From: Ruditapes philippinarum
Taxonomy: Eukaryota
Reading direction: 5' to 3'
NCBI RefSeq assembly: GCF_026571515.1
Contig: NW_026862113.1
Location: 62,001-126,000 of the forward strand
Length of the DNA: 64,000 nt
Under the pieces are notes generated by a model. It was not told the origin of the DNA, searched no databases, and saw only the letters and a program-made list of their open reading frames with translations. Each line of letters opens with the position of its first letter. The stretch's first letter is position 1. A program made the position numbers and the translations under genes. Below, one piece after another: positions 37,801 through 49,800 of the stretch.

Positions 37801-40800
37801 TGTCACTGTTTCGAGCATGATTTGATAAATATAAATTTTATAAACTATTGTCTGTACAATTAGTCTTTTTTTCACCAGAGATAATTTCTTTTTATGTATT
37901 TGTGCCACATTTTATTCCCTTAACCACCTTTCCAAGTGGTTTTCTGTCAAGGACAATGGTGGGGGTATGAATCGCATTTAGCGATAGTTCTAGTTTTTAG
38001 TGTACTTATTGAGTTTCCAGAAAGTTATTCATTGGCTAATTACCTAAACCATCTTTTTCTTCTGTTTCTTTTTTGCAATTCGTACAGTTATAGTGATTTA
38101 GTATTTTGAATAGAAGTCAAAATACAACTTTCTTTACATTATTCAACTTTTATGACAAATTATGTCACATTTAGCGTTACTTTCTTACAGTTACAAGCAT
38201 CTAACATGCTTTAAAAGTATTATTTAAATATTATAAAATTTATGTTTGTACTTTCTAAAAAAGTAAAAATTTATTTGTCTCTGAGCCATAATGTGCCTTT
38301 AACATCAAAGCTCTTAAGGTACTGGCAGCTTTGCACCCAGCTCAGACTGGAAAACTGGAAATCATTTAATAATTTGCATAAAAGCTCTTTACACTTGAAC
38401 CATTTACTTTAATTATTATTGTATAAAGTGGATGTCCATTGTATATGTAGTAAACAATGTCTTACTTACTACTAGAATTACAAAAAAAAATTGTTCTTGC
38501 ATTTATACAGTTTGTATAGTCTGTTATGATATAATCATTTGCAGGTATATCATGTCACATGACATGTAATAATCATGGTGTCTGCAATGAAAATGGTGGA
38601 TGCATCTGTAATTTCAATCTGGGATATAAAGGTATTGTTATGCCTTGTTCTTATTTTCACAAAAGAAAAAAAAACAAAAACAAATAAACTATGTAATTTC
38701 AAGCTTAAATAGGTGACATTCTCTCACAGCCTTCATTTACTGTTTATGGTTACTGACAAAAAGATATATAGACCAGAAAAACTAATGTTTAATAAAGTGT
38801 CACTGACTGGCATTTCTATGATACACATGTATATCAAAAAGAAGTACAATATAGTCCCTACGGAATAACTGCTTATGTACTGTTATAAATATAGTCTCAA
38901 GGAAATGACTGTTTATGTACTGTTTTAAAAATGAGCAGTAATTACCTTTAACATTCTACAGGTGAACAGTGTGATGAGATAGGATGTCCAGGCTGGCCTG
39001 ATAACTGTATGGGACATGGAACCTGTAATAAAGCTATAAACCAGTGTGATTGTGAACAGGGTTGGAAAGGCAATGGTTGTCATATACCTGACTGTGATTG
39101 TAACGATGTGAATGCAAAATGTGAACAGAGAGAGGGTGACGAGAAACCAAGATGCTATGATTGTGCACCACCTTACATAGGGGATAAATGCCAGTATAGG
39201 TATGTACATGTTTATGCCCCCACAATGTGGGAGCATATAGCGTTGCACTTGTCCGTCCGTCCGTCTGTCCGTCCGTCAGTCAGTCCGTCCGTCCGTCAGT
39301 CCGTCCGTACGTCCCGAAATCTTGTGAACGCAACTCCTCTTAAACCGGATGGCAGATTTTGCTTAAACTTACAGGGATGAACAACCTTAATGTGTAGATG
39401 GTAGTAAAGGAAGTAATTTTTTGCTGCAACCAAATTTAACAGAATTATGGCCCTTTGTTGTTTTTTTCACTAGATACTATGTAGAAATTTTGTGAACGCA
39501 ACTCCTCTTAAACCGCATGGCAGATTTTGCTTAAACTTACAGGGATGAACAACCTTAATGTGTAGATGGTAGTAAAGGAAGGAATTTTTGCTGCGACCAA
39601 ATTTAACAGAATTATGGTCCTTTGTTGATTTTTTCACTATATACTATGTAGAAATTTTGTGAACGCAACTCCTCTTAAACCGCATGGCAGATTTTGCTTA
39701 AACTTACAGGGATGAACAACCATAATGTGTAGATGGTAGTAAAGGAAGGAATTTTTGCTGCGACCAAATTTTACAGAATTATGGCCCTTTGTTGATTTTT
39801 TCACTAGATACTATGTAGAAATTTTGTGAACGCAACTCCTCTTAAACAGCATGGCAGATTTTGCTTAAACTTACAGGGATGAATAACCTTAAGGTGAAGA
39901 TGGTAGTAAAGGAAGGAATTTTTGCTGCAACCAAATTTTACAGAATTATGGCCCTTTGTTGATTTTTAGTTTTCAACTTGTGGCACATGAAGTCCAAAAA
40001 ATATTTGACCTAGAGTCATAAGATTGACAGAACAGTGGCGTGTGGGGGCATCCGTGTCCTATGGACACATTTCTAGTTATAAGAAACTTGCCTTTATAAT
40101 TGCTTATTTGTAGCATTTAACACTTATAGATTTAGAAGCTTATACATCTTATGTATATTTCAATTTGTGCGCTGTGCAATGTTTTTTTTGTCTTGAGAGG
40201 CATATTCAATTGATTCCACTGCATATTTTCCTGAACATGAACTTATACAGTATCTGAGGATAAGATATAAATGCAGATCAATTAAACGAAAATTTTAAAT
40301 TCAACAAGAACAGTTACTTTGAATTGTGTACACATTCTACCTGTACGGAATGTTTAACCCATCCAACCACAACCCCCACCCCCCACAAAAAAAAACAAAA
40401 AAAAACTATGTACATGTATTTGAAATCATTTTCACACAGTAACCAATAATGTTTGTCACCTTTAAAAGTAAAATTTTTACAAAGGACCTTTAATTTTTCC
40501 TATGCAGCTAGTTTTTATCAAAGTGTTGCTCAGACTCTATCCTGATTATTTTGTAATGTACTTTGATTCTTCAGAAGTCTTTTCCCATCAGTAAAAGTAA
40601 GATTTTGTCGCACATAACACTATAACTGTTACTTACAGTGTTTCTCTGCTCATTCAGTACAGATTATCTATTGCATGCACTTTTACTATCAATATTGTGC
40701 CAATTTATTTTTGCCTTATTCCTTGAAATACATTGAAAATGTAAAAATGATTTATATGGTTTCTAATATTTATTTTTTATCCGATAAAAAGATGCTATAA

Positions 40801-43800
40801 CGGAACTGAGAATCCAGGAGATTTCCGCTGTATATGTGACAAGTGTTTTGCTGGTGTTGAATGTGACAAACTATGTAACAACCATGGAACTTGCACTTCT
40901 GAAGGTATTGGTTTAAACATATTTATTCCCAAATATTTATATACATACAAATAAACAACAACAAAAAAAATTTTACATAATGGAAAAGGATAAGAATGAA
41001 AGACAAGTGTTATAGAATTCTTCTCCTTATCTGAAGGTATTATTTTGGTAACAATGTGAAAAACTAAGAAACATATAAGACTTTTAATTGTACATCTTCT
41101 ATCTAGAAATGCAGCAAGTGAGTTAATAAATTAACCTAATGACAGTCTCAAAATTGTTAATTCAAAATAACTGCTATAAGGACTTGTTTGATTATTAATT
41201 TATGTAATGAAATAATTGTGGACTATCAATAAATCTTATTTGATATTACTTTGAAAGTTTTCTAATATTTAATGTATGTATATTTGTTATTTCAGGAACA
41301 TGTGATTGTGGATTTGAAGGATACAGAGGTGACTTTTGTGAGAGAAAAGAATGTCCAGGGCATGGTGTCTCGTGTTCAGGTCATGGTACTTGTAATCCAT
41401 CTACAGGAATTTGTTCCTGCGAGCCTGGCTGGACAGGAACAGGTTGCCATATTACCAAATGTGAGAAAGATTGCAGTGCTCATGGTGTATGTTTGCCACT
41501 CGACAAGCCTGTTTGTAACTGTACCAGTGGATATTTCGGTGCAGGGTGCGAGCATTATTGCGACAATGGAAACGTCTTCACACCCAACTCAGACGATTTA
41601 ACTACGCAATATTGCAAGTGCGACTCTTGCTACACAGGGATAGAGTGTAGTGAAGAATGCTCCAAACGTGGTCATTGTGTAAATGGAACATGTGATTGCG
41701 GGACAACTGGTTGGAAGGGAGATAAATGTGAAAGAGCGGGCTGTCCAGGAAAATATGGCCGTGATTGCTCTGGTCATGGAAGCTGTTTAACAGAGTCAAA
41801 TTTTGATATAGGTAGGTCTGGAATATTTTATGTAAATTGTGTTATTGGATATTTATTGGTCATTAGGTAAGAAGTTTATGCATAGATGTTCATATTGAAA
41901 GGTATGAAATTTATGTATAGATATTTGTTTTGAGAGGGGAGTACATGTACTTTATACATAGGTATTTGTTTTGAAATTTAAGAACTTTATGCATTAATAT
42001 TCTTTTTAAAGCTAAGGATTTTATGCATAGATATCTGTTTCAAAGAAGGTTTGACACAGTTGATGGTGATTTCTTTTTGTTCAATATTAAATCAAGAAAT
42101 CCAGATATTTAGTCTAAAATTTCCATGTCTAATTTCTATGCAACAGAGTACAAAAAGTTATGGGAATTATATCTATAGAACACTTTGTAAAATGAGTTCT
42201 GAATTTTTTATTTATTTAAATCTTAGGAACATGTACATGTGAGACATACTGGATAGGGGAAGGCTGCTGGACTGCTGAATGTCCAAACAACTGCTCGGGA
42301 CATGGTCAGTGTAATGACACAGTTGATGTCCCATTCTGTACCAACTGTGAACAAGGCTGGATCGGACCAGAATGTAACACTAGATGCTATGGCATACAGG
42401 AACCAATGGATAGTGGTAGGTTTAAACTGAAGGAACTTCGGAAAAAAATGTTTTATTTTATTTCTATTGTTTCATGTGGTAAACTTGTGTGTTGAAATTA
42501 TGGAAATATCTTTAACAATTTCACAATTATTGGATTATAATAAAAGGAAATATATATTGAAAACATTTTAATTTGCCAGTTCTTCAAATATTTAGATACT
42601 TTTGAAATTGTTATTGGCTGGATTAATACAAATTGTCATTTTTAGCTTGCCTGTTTCAAAGAAAAGGCCAAGCTATTATGATTGCTCTAGCATAATTGAT
42701 GTGCAAAAACTATACTACTAATGGGGCCCTTTACTCAAACAATTTTAAAGGTATCAATATGTAACTTGGAAATATTGCTCATCATGACAAGAGGCACAGT
42801 TGTTAGACAAGGGGCATAATTCTGAAAACTAACTTTTTGGACTTGTTAACATTTTTGTTGAAATTGCCTATAAAGTAGAATGATTTCAAAATTATGAAGA
42901 TATAAACATGGCTCTTAAAAGTTTTTTATTATCATGATAATTAGCAGATGTAAAACAGGGTGCATTATCTTAAAAGCATTATTATAAGGAGTTATGTCCC
43001 TTTTTAAGTTAAGCTTTTTTTTTCTCTCAAAATTTCCTATTCAAAGAAGAATTATTTTAAAACTATGAAAGGTATCAACATGAAATTTGGAATATTTCTT
43101 TATAATGCATGGCACAGTTGTTAGACAAGTGTCAATTTTCTGAAAAAAATATTGTTAGTTATGTCCCTGCTTAAATAAAATTTGTTATGAATATTGTTTA
43201 GTAAATAGAATGATTTTCAAAACTATCAAAAGTATCAACATGAAACGTGAAATTCTTGATCATCATAACAATGTACAGTTGTGAGACATGGGGCATTATC
43301 CTGAAAGCAATATTTTTAAGAGTTATGTCCCATTTAAATTAGAATATTTATTGCCCTTAACAGACAGACAGGCTTTAACAATGCATGCAATGCTCTTGTC
43401 TGTTGAATGCTTTTGCAACCTTTCATGATGAACATGTGTTTAAAAATCACTAACGTACAAGCTCTATAACTTGTTATAATGCTTGTTCATATTTTCAAAT
43501 GCAGGTTTGTTTATTTAATTATGTGTCTGATCTTTTTAAAGGTAACTGCGTGTGTGAAAGCAAGTGTCAGAGCCCTGCTGATAACTGTTATTCTACATGT
43601 AATAACCATGGTATTTGTGACAATAAAACCCAAACATGCCAATGTCACGATGGCACCGGATATAACCCAACAGGACACTGGGGAGAACTGTGTGAGCAGA
43701 AGCAATGTCCTGGCGTCGGACAATCTTGTAGTGGTCATGGAAAATGCATACACGGAAAATGTAGCTGTTATGAGGGCTGGACAATAAATTCAACATCATG

Positions 43801-46800
43801 TCATGTGCCAGACTGCCCTGGCACACCAGATTGTAGTGGCAAAGGTTCATGTGATGCCAGTGGGGAAAGCCCTAGCTGTAAATGTAACAAAGGTTACATG
43901 GGCCGAGAATGTCAGTATGAATGTGTTCATGGTACAGCACAGGAGGACAACACATGTCTGTGTGATCCCTGTTATACTGGGGCAGCTTGTAAACAGATAT
44001 GTGGAAATCATGGGCAATGTGAAAATGGGACATGTGTCTGTAATTCAGGATATTGGGGTACATGTTTATTTATCATTTTTGATAAAAATTTGGCAACTAT
44101 AATAAAATATTATTAAAATGAAATTGCTAAAATTTTGTTTTATGGTATTAAAAATTTCAAGGCAAAATCATCAGTTACATAATTCGCTGTTGTTATATTT
44201 GCAGATTTTGTCTTAATCTGTTTTCATTTTACAAAGTAAGATTTTTAATGTTATGTAATTGTTATTAATTTGTTTAGATTTTTTAAATACATTTAAAATA
44301 TCATCACGTTGAGCAGAGTGGCTTAAAACATGAAAGATACGGAGAAAATGATCAAGGGTGAAAAATGGTTGTATAGGACAAAAGTCTTTAAATACACGTA
44401 GTTGCATTGGCATGTTTAGACTGTTATATCAAAGAGAAAGTATTTAAAATTAATGAAACGAAATGTGAATTTTATAGGAAAGTCATGTGAGACACAGGGT
44501 TGCCCAGGTACAGGAGAAAGTTGTTCTGGACATGGAATATGTAATATAGGGGAACAGACATGTACGTGTAACATTGGATGGACTTCTGCAGGTTGTGACG
44601 TCTTTAACTGTCCCGGTACACCAGACTGTAGCAGTAAAGGTATATACAAAACTATTTTCGGTTTTACATTGTAACATTATATTTGACAACACATATTAGT
44701 TTTAGATTTTATCATTCAATATAGGAGACTAAAATATTAGTCCATCTTAATGAGTGCTTTTCCATATTTATACAATTTGCTGTGTAGATTAATTTTGCAA
44801 AAAAAGAACATGCCATTGAAATAAAACCTTACTTATTAGCAAAAATATGCATTCAAGTGTTTCAAAGTAAAAGAAGCAAGAAAGTTAAAAGAATGACTTA
44901 ACTATCCTCTTGTGGTACATGCTTTTGACATCTTTTTGAAGTTATATGATATGTACAGAAAATTAGGGGTGTTTGTGGCCATGTGTTTACGGTTCTTGAC
45001 TAAGGACTACATGTACATGGCCCTTACTATGGTGTGTTTGTCTCCCACCAGTGCTTAAAGTTATTTCATGTAAGGAAGCTGTCCAGCACGCTCATTGGTT
45101 CTACGTAGGTGCATGCTTCTGCCTGAAATAATGCACAGAGTCAGCACCCGAATGTTTTCCTCCACCAATAAAAAAGAAGAGTGCCACCAAATGACATTTA
45201 AAGTGTTGGGTGTGACTTAAAACTCTATTTGAAAAATAAATTAATAAAATGCTTTATTATAATCAACAATTTTGTTTGTTCCAGCAATATTTTATATGGA
45301 TACTAAAATGATACATTTCTTTTGTTTTTATCAACATTTGAAATATTTATGGAAAATGTGCTAATTTTAGACCAATCCACTTTAATGTGCGTATATTGTG
45401 AATTACTTTATACAGGTGACTGTGATGGAAATAACTACTGGCCACCTAGATGTGTTAATTGCACCGACTCAATGGGACCAGAATGTCAATATGATTGTAT
45501 ACATGGTGTAGAGTCTCCACCTTTCTCCTCTTTCTGCAAGTGTGACCCATGCTATGATGATTCTGCCTGTAATATTGAATGTAATGGTGTAGGAACTTGC
45601 TCAACTAATGGTAATGGAACAAAGGTAAGTAACTCTATCAGTTTAAATGCTTTAATTAAGAAGGGTTTAAATCATGACTGTTTTCTTGCTAGAAATTTTG
45701 CATTCTTTCATGCAAAGGCTGCTATTTTAATTTCTTTATGTGAAGCAGTTATTTAAATTCATTCATATAAAAAAAAAATTATTCAACCATTTTTGTTTGA
45801 CATATGATGTATAATAATATACTTTTGGAAACTTTAATTTTATCATCTTATTTACATTTAACAAGATTAAGTTGATGAATAATGGTAGTGTGGGAAATGT
45901 GATTTATTTGGAAACAAATACAACTATCTATGTCAGTCTAAGTCAATTTTTTGTCATAATGGATGTAATTTATATGCTTCCAAAAAATGATAGTTAACAT
46001 TCAGCTCAATGTAACAAAACTATTTCTAATATAAAAAATTCAGACTTTAATATAATTATGTAGTACTTAGAGGGAGATAAAGTGCATAATTTAAGGTAAC
46101 TATTATATGATAAGATATTGTTTATCATTGTAACATGTGCATGGGTATATAACAATAACATAATATATAGTGACAAGAAAAGACACTTGTCTCATTGGAC
46201 CTATATGTCACCAGTACGATAAAATGAAGTCCTTTTTTACTCAAATTGAAATATATATAATACATATATTTAATAATTTTCAGTCTTGCAACTGTTCCGA
46301 AGGTTATAAGGGAGATTTTTGTGAACAACTAGATTGTCCAGGTACATATACTCTCTGTACACATATATTATTTGTTTCAATTTTGTCTAGATTGCTAGAT
46401 TTACAATCACAAGAATTTATTTCATTGATATATTCTTGGGTTATTTTTTTCTAAAGATAAATATTTTTCAATTTTTTTCCCCTCTAAGTTTGGTAATTCC
46501 CCCGTAAATATTGTATATTTTTTTAGCTCACCTGAGCTTGCTCAGGGTGAGCTTTTAGGATCGGTGAATGTCCGTCGTCCGTCCGTCCGTCGTCCGTCGT
46601 ACATCCACAATTGCTTGTGAACACTCTAGCGGTCACATTTTTGCCTCAATCATCATGCAAACTTGGTCAGGATGCTTATCTAGTTGAAAGCTCGGATGAG
46701 TTCGAACATGGCGCATCTCGGGATTAAAAACTAGGTCACAAGAGCTAAAAAAAATAGAAAAACCTTGTGAACACTCTTAGAGGTCACATTTTTGACCCAA

Positions 46801-49800
46801 TCATCATCAAAACTTGGTCAGGATGTTTGTCTAGGTGATAGCTCGGATGAGTTCGAACATGGGTCATCTCGGATGAAAAAGTAGGTCACTGGAGCTAAAA
46901 AATAGAGAAAAACCTTGTGAACACTCTAGTGGTCACATTTTTGAACCAATCTTCATCAAACTTGGTCAGATTGCTTGTCTAGTCAATTGCTTGGATGAGT
47001 TTCGAACATGGGTCATCTCTGATGAAAACTAGGTCACAGGAGCTAAAAATAGAAAACCTTGTGAACACTCTAGTGGTCACATTTTTGACCCAATCATCAT
47101 CAAACTTTGTCAGGATGCTTGTTTAGATAATAGCTCGGATGAGTTCGAACATGGTCATCTCGGATAAAAAACTAGGTCACCGGAGCTATAAAATAGAAAA
47201 ACCTTGTTAACACTCTAGCGGTCACATTTTTGCATCAATCATCATCAAACTTGGTCAGGATGCTTATCTAGTTGATAGCTTGGATGAGTTTGAACATGGG
47301 TTATCTCGGATGAAAAAGTAGGTCACCGGAGGTAAAAATAGAAAAACCTTGTTAACACTCTAGTGGTCACATTTTTGCATCAGTCATCATCAAACTTTGT
47401 CAAGATGTTTGTCTAGGTGACAGCTCGGATGAGTTTGAACATGGGTCATCTCGGATGAAAAAGTAGGTCACCGGAGCTAAAAATAGAAAAACCTTGTTAA
47501 CACTCTAGCGGTCACATTGTTGCATCAATCATCATCAAAACTTGATCAAGATGCTTGTCTAGGTGATAGCTCGGATGAGTTCGTACATGGGTCATCTCGG
47601 GATGAAAAAGTAGGTCATCAGAGCTAAAAATAGTAAAACCTTATTAACACTCTAGTGGTCACAATTTTGACTCAATTGTTCATTAAACGTGGTCAGGAAA
47701 CTTGTCTAGGTCATTGCTGGAATAAATCGAACATGGGACATCTCGGATGAAAAACTAGGTCACAGGAGCTAAAAATAGAAAAATCTTGTTAACACTTTAG
47801 TGGCTACTGTTGTGCTCCAAATATTCTGTTAATTGGTCTGAAAGTTTGTTTTGATGATTTCTAAGTCAAGATCGAACATGGGTCATCTTGGATGAAAAAC
47901 TAGGTCACACCGCCCAAATATGGAAAAACCTTGTTAACATTCTAGTGGTCACATTTTCGACTCAATTATCATCAAACTTGGTCAGGATGCTTGTCTAGGT
48001 AATTGCTTAGATGAGTTCGAAATCACATGTGAAACTAGGTCACCGGAGCTAAAAATGGAAAAATCTTGTTAACACTCTAGTTGCTACTGTTTTGATCCAA
48101 GTATCCTGGAAATTGGTCTGAATGTTTGTTTTGATGATTTCTAGGTCAAGTTTGAATATGTGTCACCTGGGTAAAAAACTAGGTCGCACTGCTCAAATAT
48201 GGATAATCCTTGTTAATACTGTAGTGGTCACATTTTTTACTCACCTGTCATGAGACTTGGTCAGAATGCTTGTCTAGGTAATTGTTTGGATGAGTTTGAT
48301 AAGTCAGGTGAGCGATCTAGGGCCATCATGGCCCTCTTGTTATATATTTATACCCCCGCACAACAAAGTTGTAAGGGGGGTATACTGGAATCAGCTTGTC
48401 CGTCCGGCTGTCCGGCGGTTTTTTCTTGTCCGCCCAATAACTTAAGATTCCTTTGACCCTTAGTCTTCATATTTGGCATGGAGGTTAGTCATGATTAGTA
48501 GATGACCCCTATTGATTTTGAGGTCAAAGGTCAAGGTCACAGGGGCCTTGACTTCAAAAAGCTAGTCCGCCCAATAACTTAAGATTCCTTTGACCTACAG
48601 TCGTTATATTTGGCATGGAGGTTAGTCATGATTAGTAGATGACCCCTATTGATTTTGAGGTCACCAGGTCAAAGGTCAAGGTCACAGGGGCCTTGACTTC
48701 AAAAAGCTTGTCCACCCAATAACTTAAGATTCCTTTGACCCATAGTCTTCATATTTGGCATGGAAGTTAGTCATGATTAGTAGATGACCCCTATTGATTT
48801 TGAGGTCACCAGGTCAAAGGTCAAGGTCACAGGGGCCTTGACTTCAAAAAGCTTGTCCGCCCAATAACTTAAGATTCCTTTGACCCACAGTCTTCATATT
48901 TGGCATGGAGGCTAGTCATGATAAGTAGATGACCCCTATTGACTTTGAGGTCACCAGGCCAAAGGTCAAGGTCACAGGGGCCTTGACTTCAAAAAGCTTG
49001 TCCGCCCAATAACTTAAGATTCCTTTGACCCACAGTCTTCATATTTGGCATGGAGGTTAGTCATGATTAGTAGATGACCCCTATTGACTTTGAGGTCAAA
49101 GGTCAAGGTAACAGGGGCCTTGACTTCAAAAAGCTTGTCCGCCCTATAACTTAAGATTCCTTTGACACTTAGTCTTCATATTTGGCATGGAGGTTAGTCA
49201 TGATTAGTAGATGACCCCTATTGATTTTGAGGTCACCAGGTCAAAGGTCAAGGTCACAGGGACCTTGACTTCAAAAAGCTTGTCCGCCCAATAACTTAAG
49301 ATTCCTTTGACCCACAGTCTTCATATTTGGAATGGAGGTTAGTCATGATTAGTAGATGACCCCTATTGATTTTGAGGTCACCAGGTCAAAGGTCAAGGTC
49401 ACAGGGACTTTGACTTCAAAAAGTTTGTCTGCCCAATAACTTTAGATTCCTTTGACCCACAGTCTTTATATTTGGCATGGATGTTGATCATGATTAGTAG
49501 ATGACCCCTTTTGATTTTGAGGTCACTGGATCAAAGGTCAAGGTCATAGGGACTTTGACTTCAAAAAGTTTGTCCACCCATTAACTTAAGATTCCTTTGA
49601 CCCACAGTCTTCATATTTTGCATGGATGTTGATCATGACTATAAGGTGACCCCTATTGATTTTGAGGTCACTGGGTCAAAGGTCAAGGTCACAGGGACCT
49701 TGACAAAAGCTTTTCTTCTCAATTGCTAAAGAATGTCCTGTCCGCAATGTATTGATTTTGACATTTTCACATTTGAAGCATGTAGAATACATAACTTAGC

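Noticed and set aside
41325-41333. RGD integrin-binding motif (GYRGDFC)
   Set aside because: It falls on the G(Y/W)xGxxC consensus of the EGF repeat, where KGD and similar triplets also occur, so it is probably coincidental.
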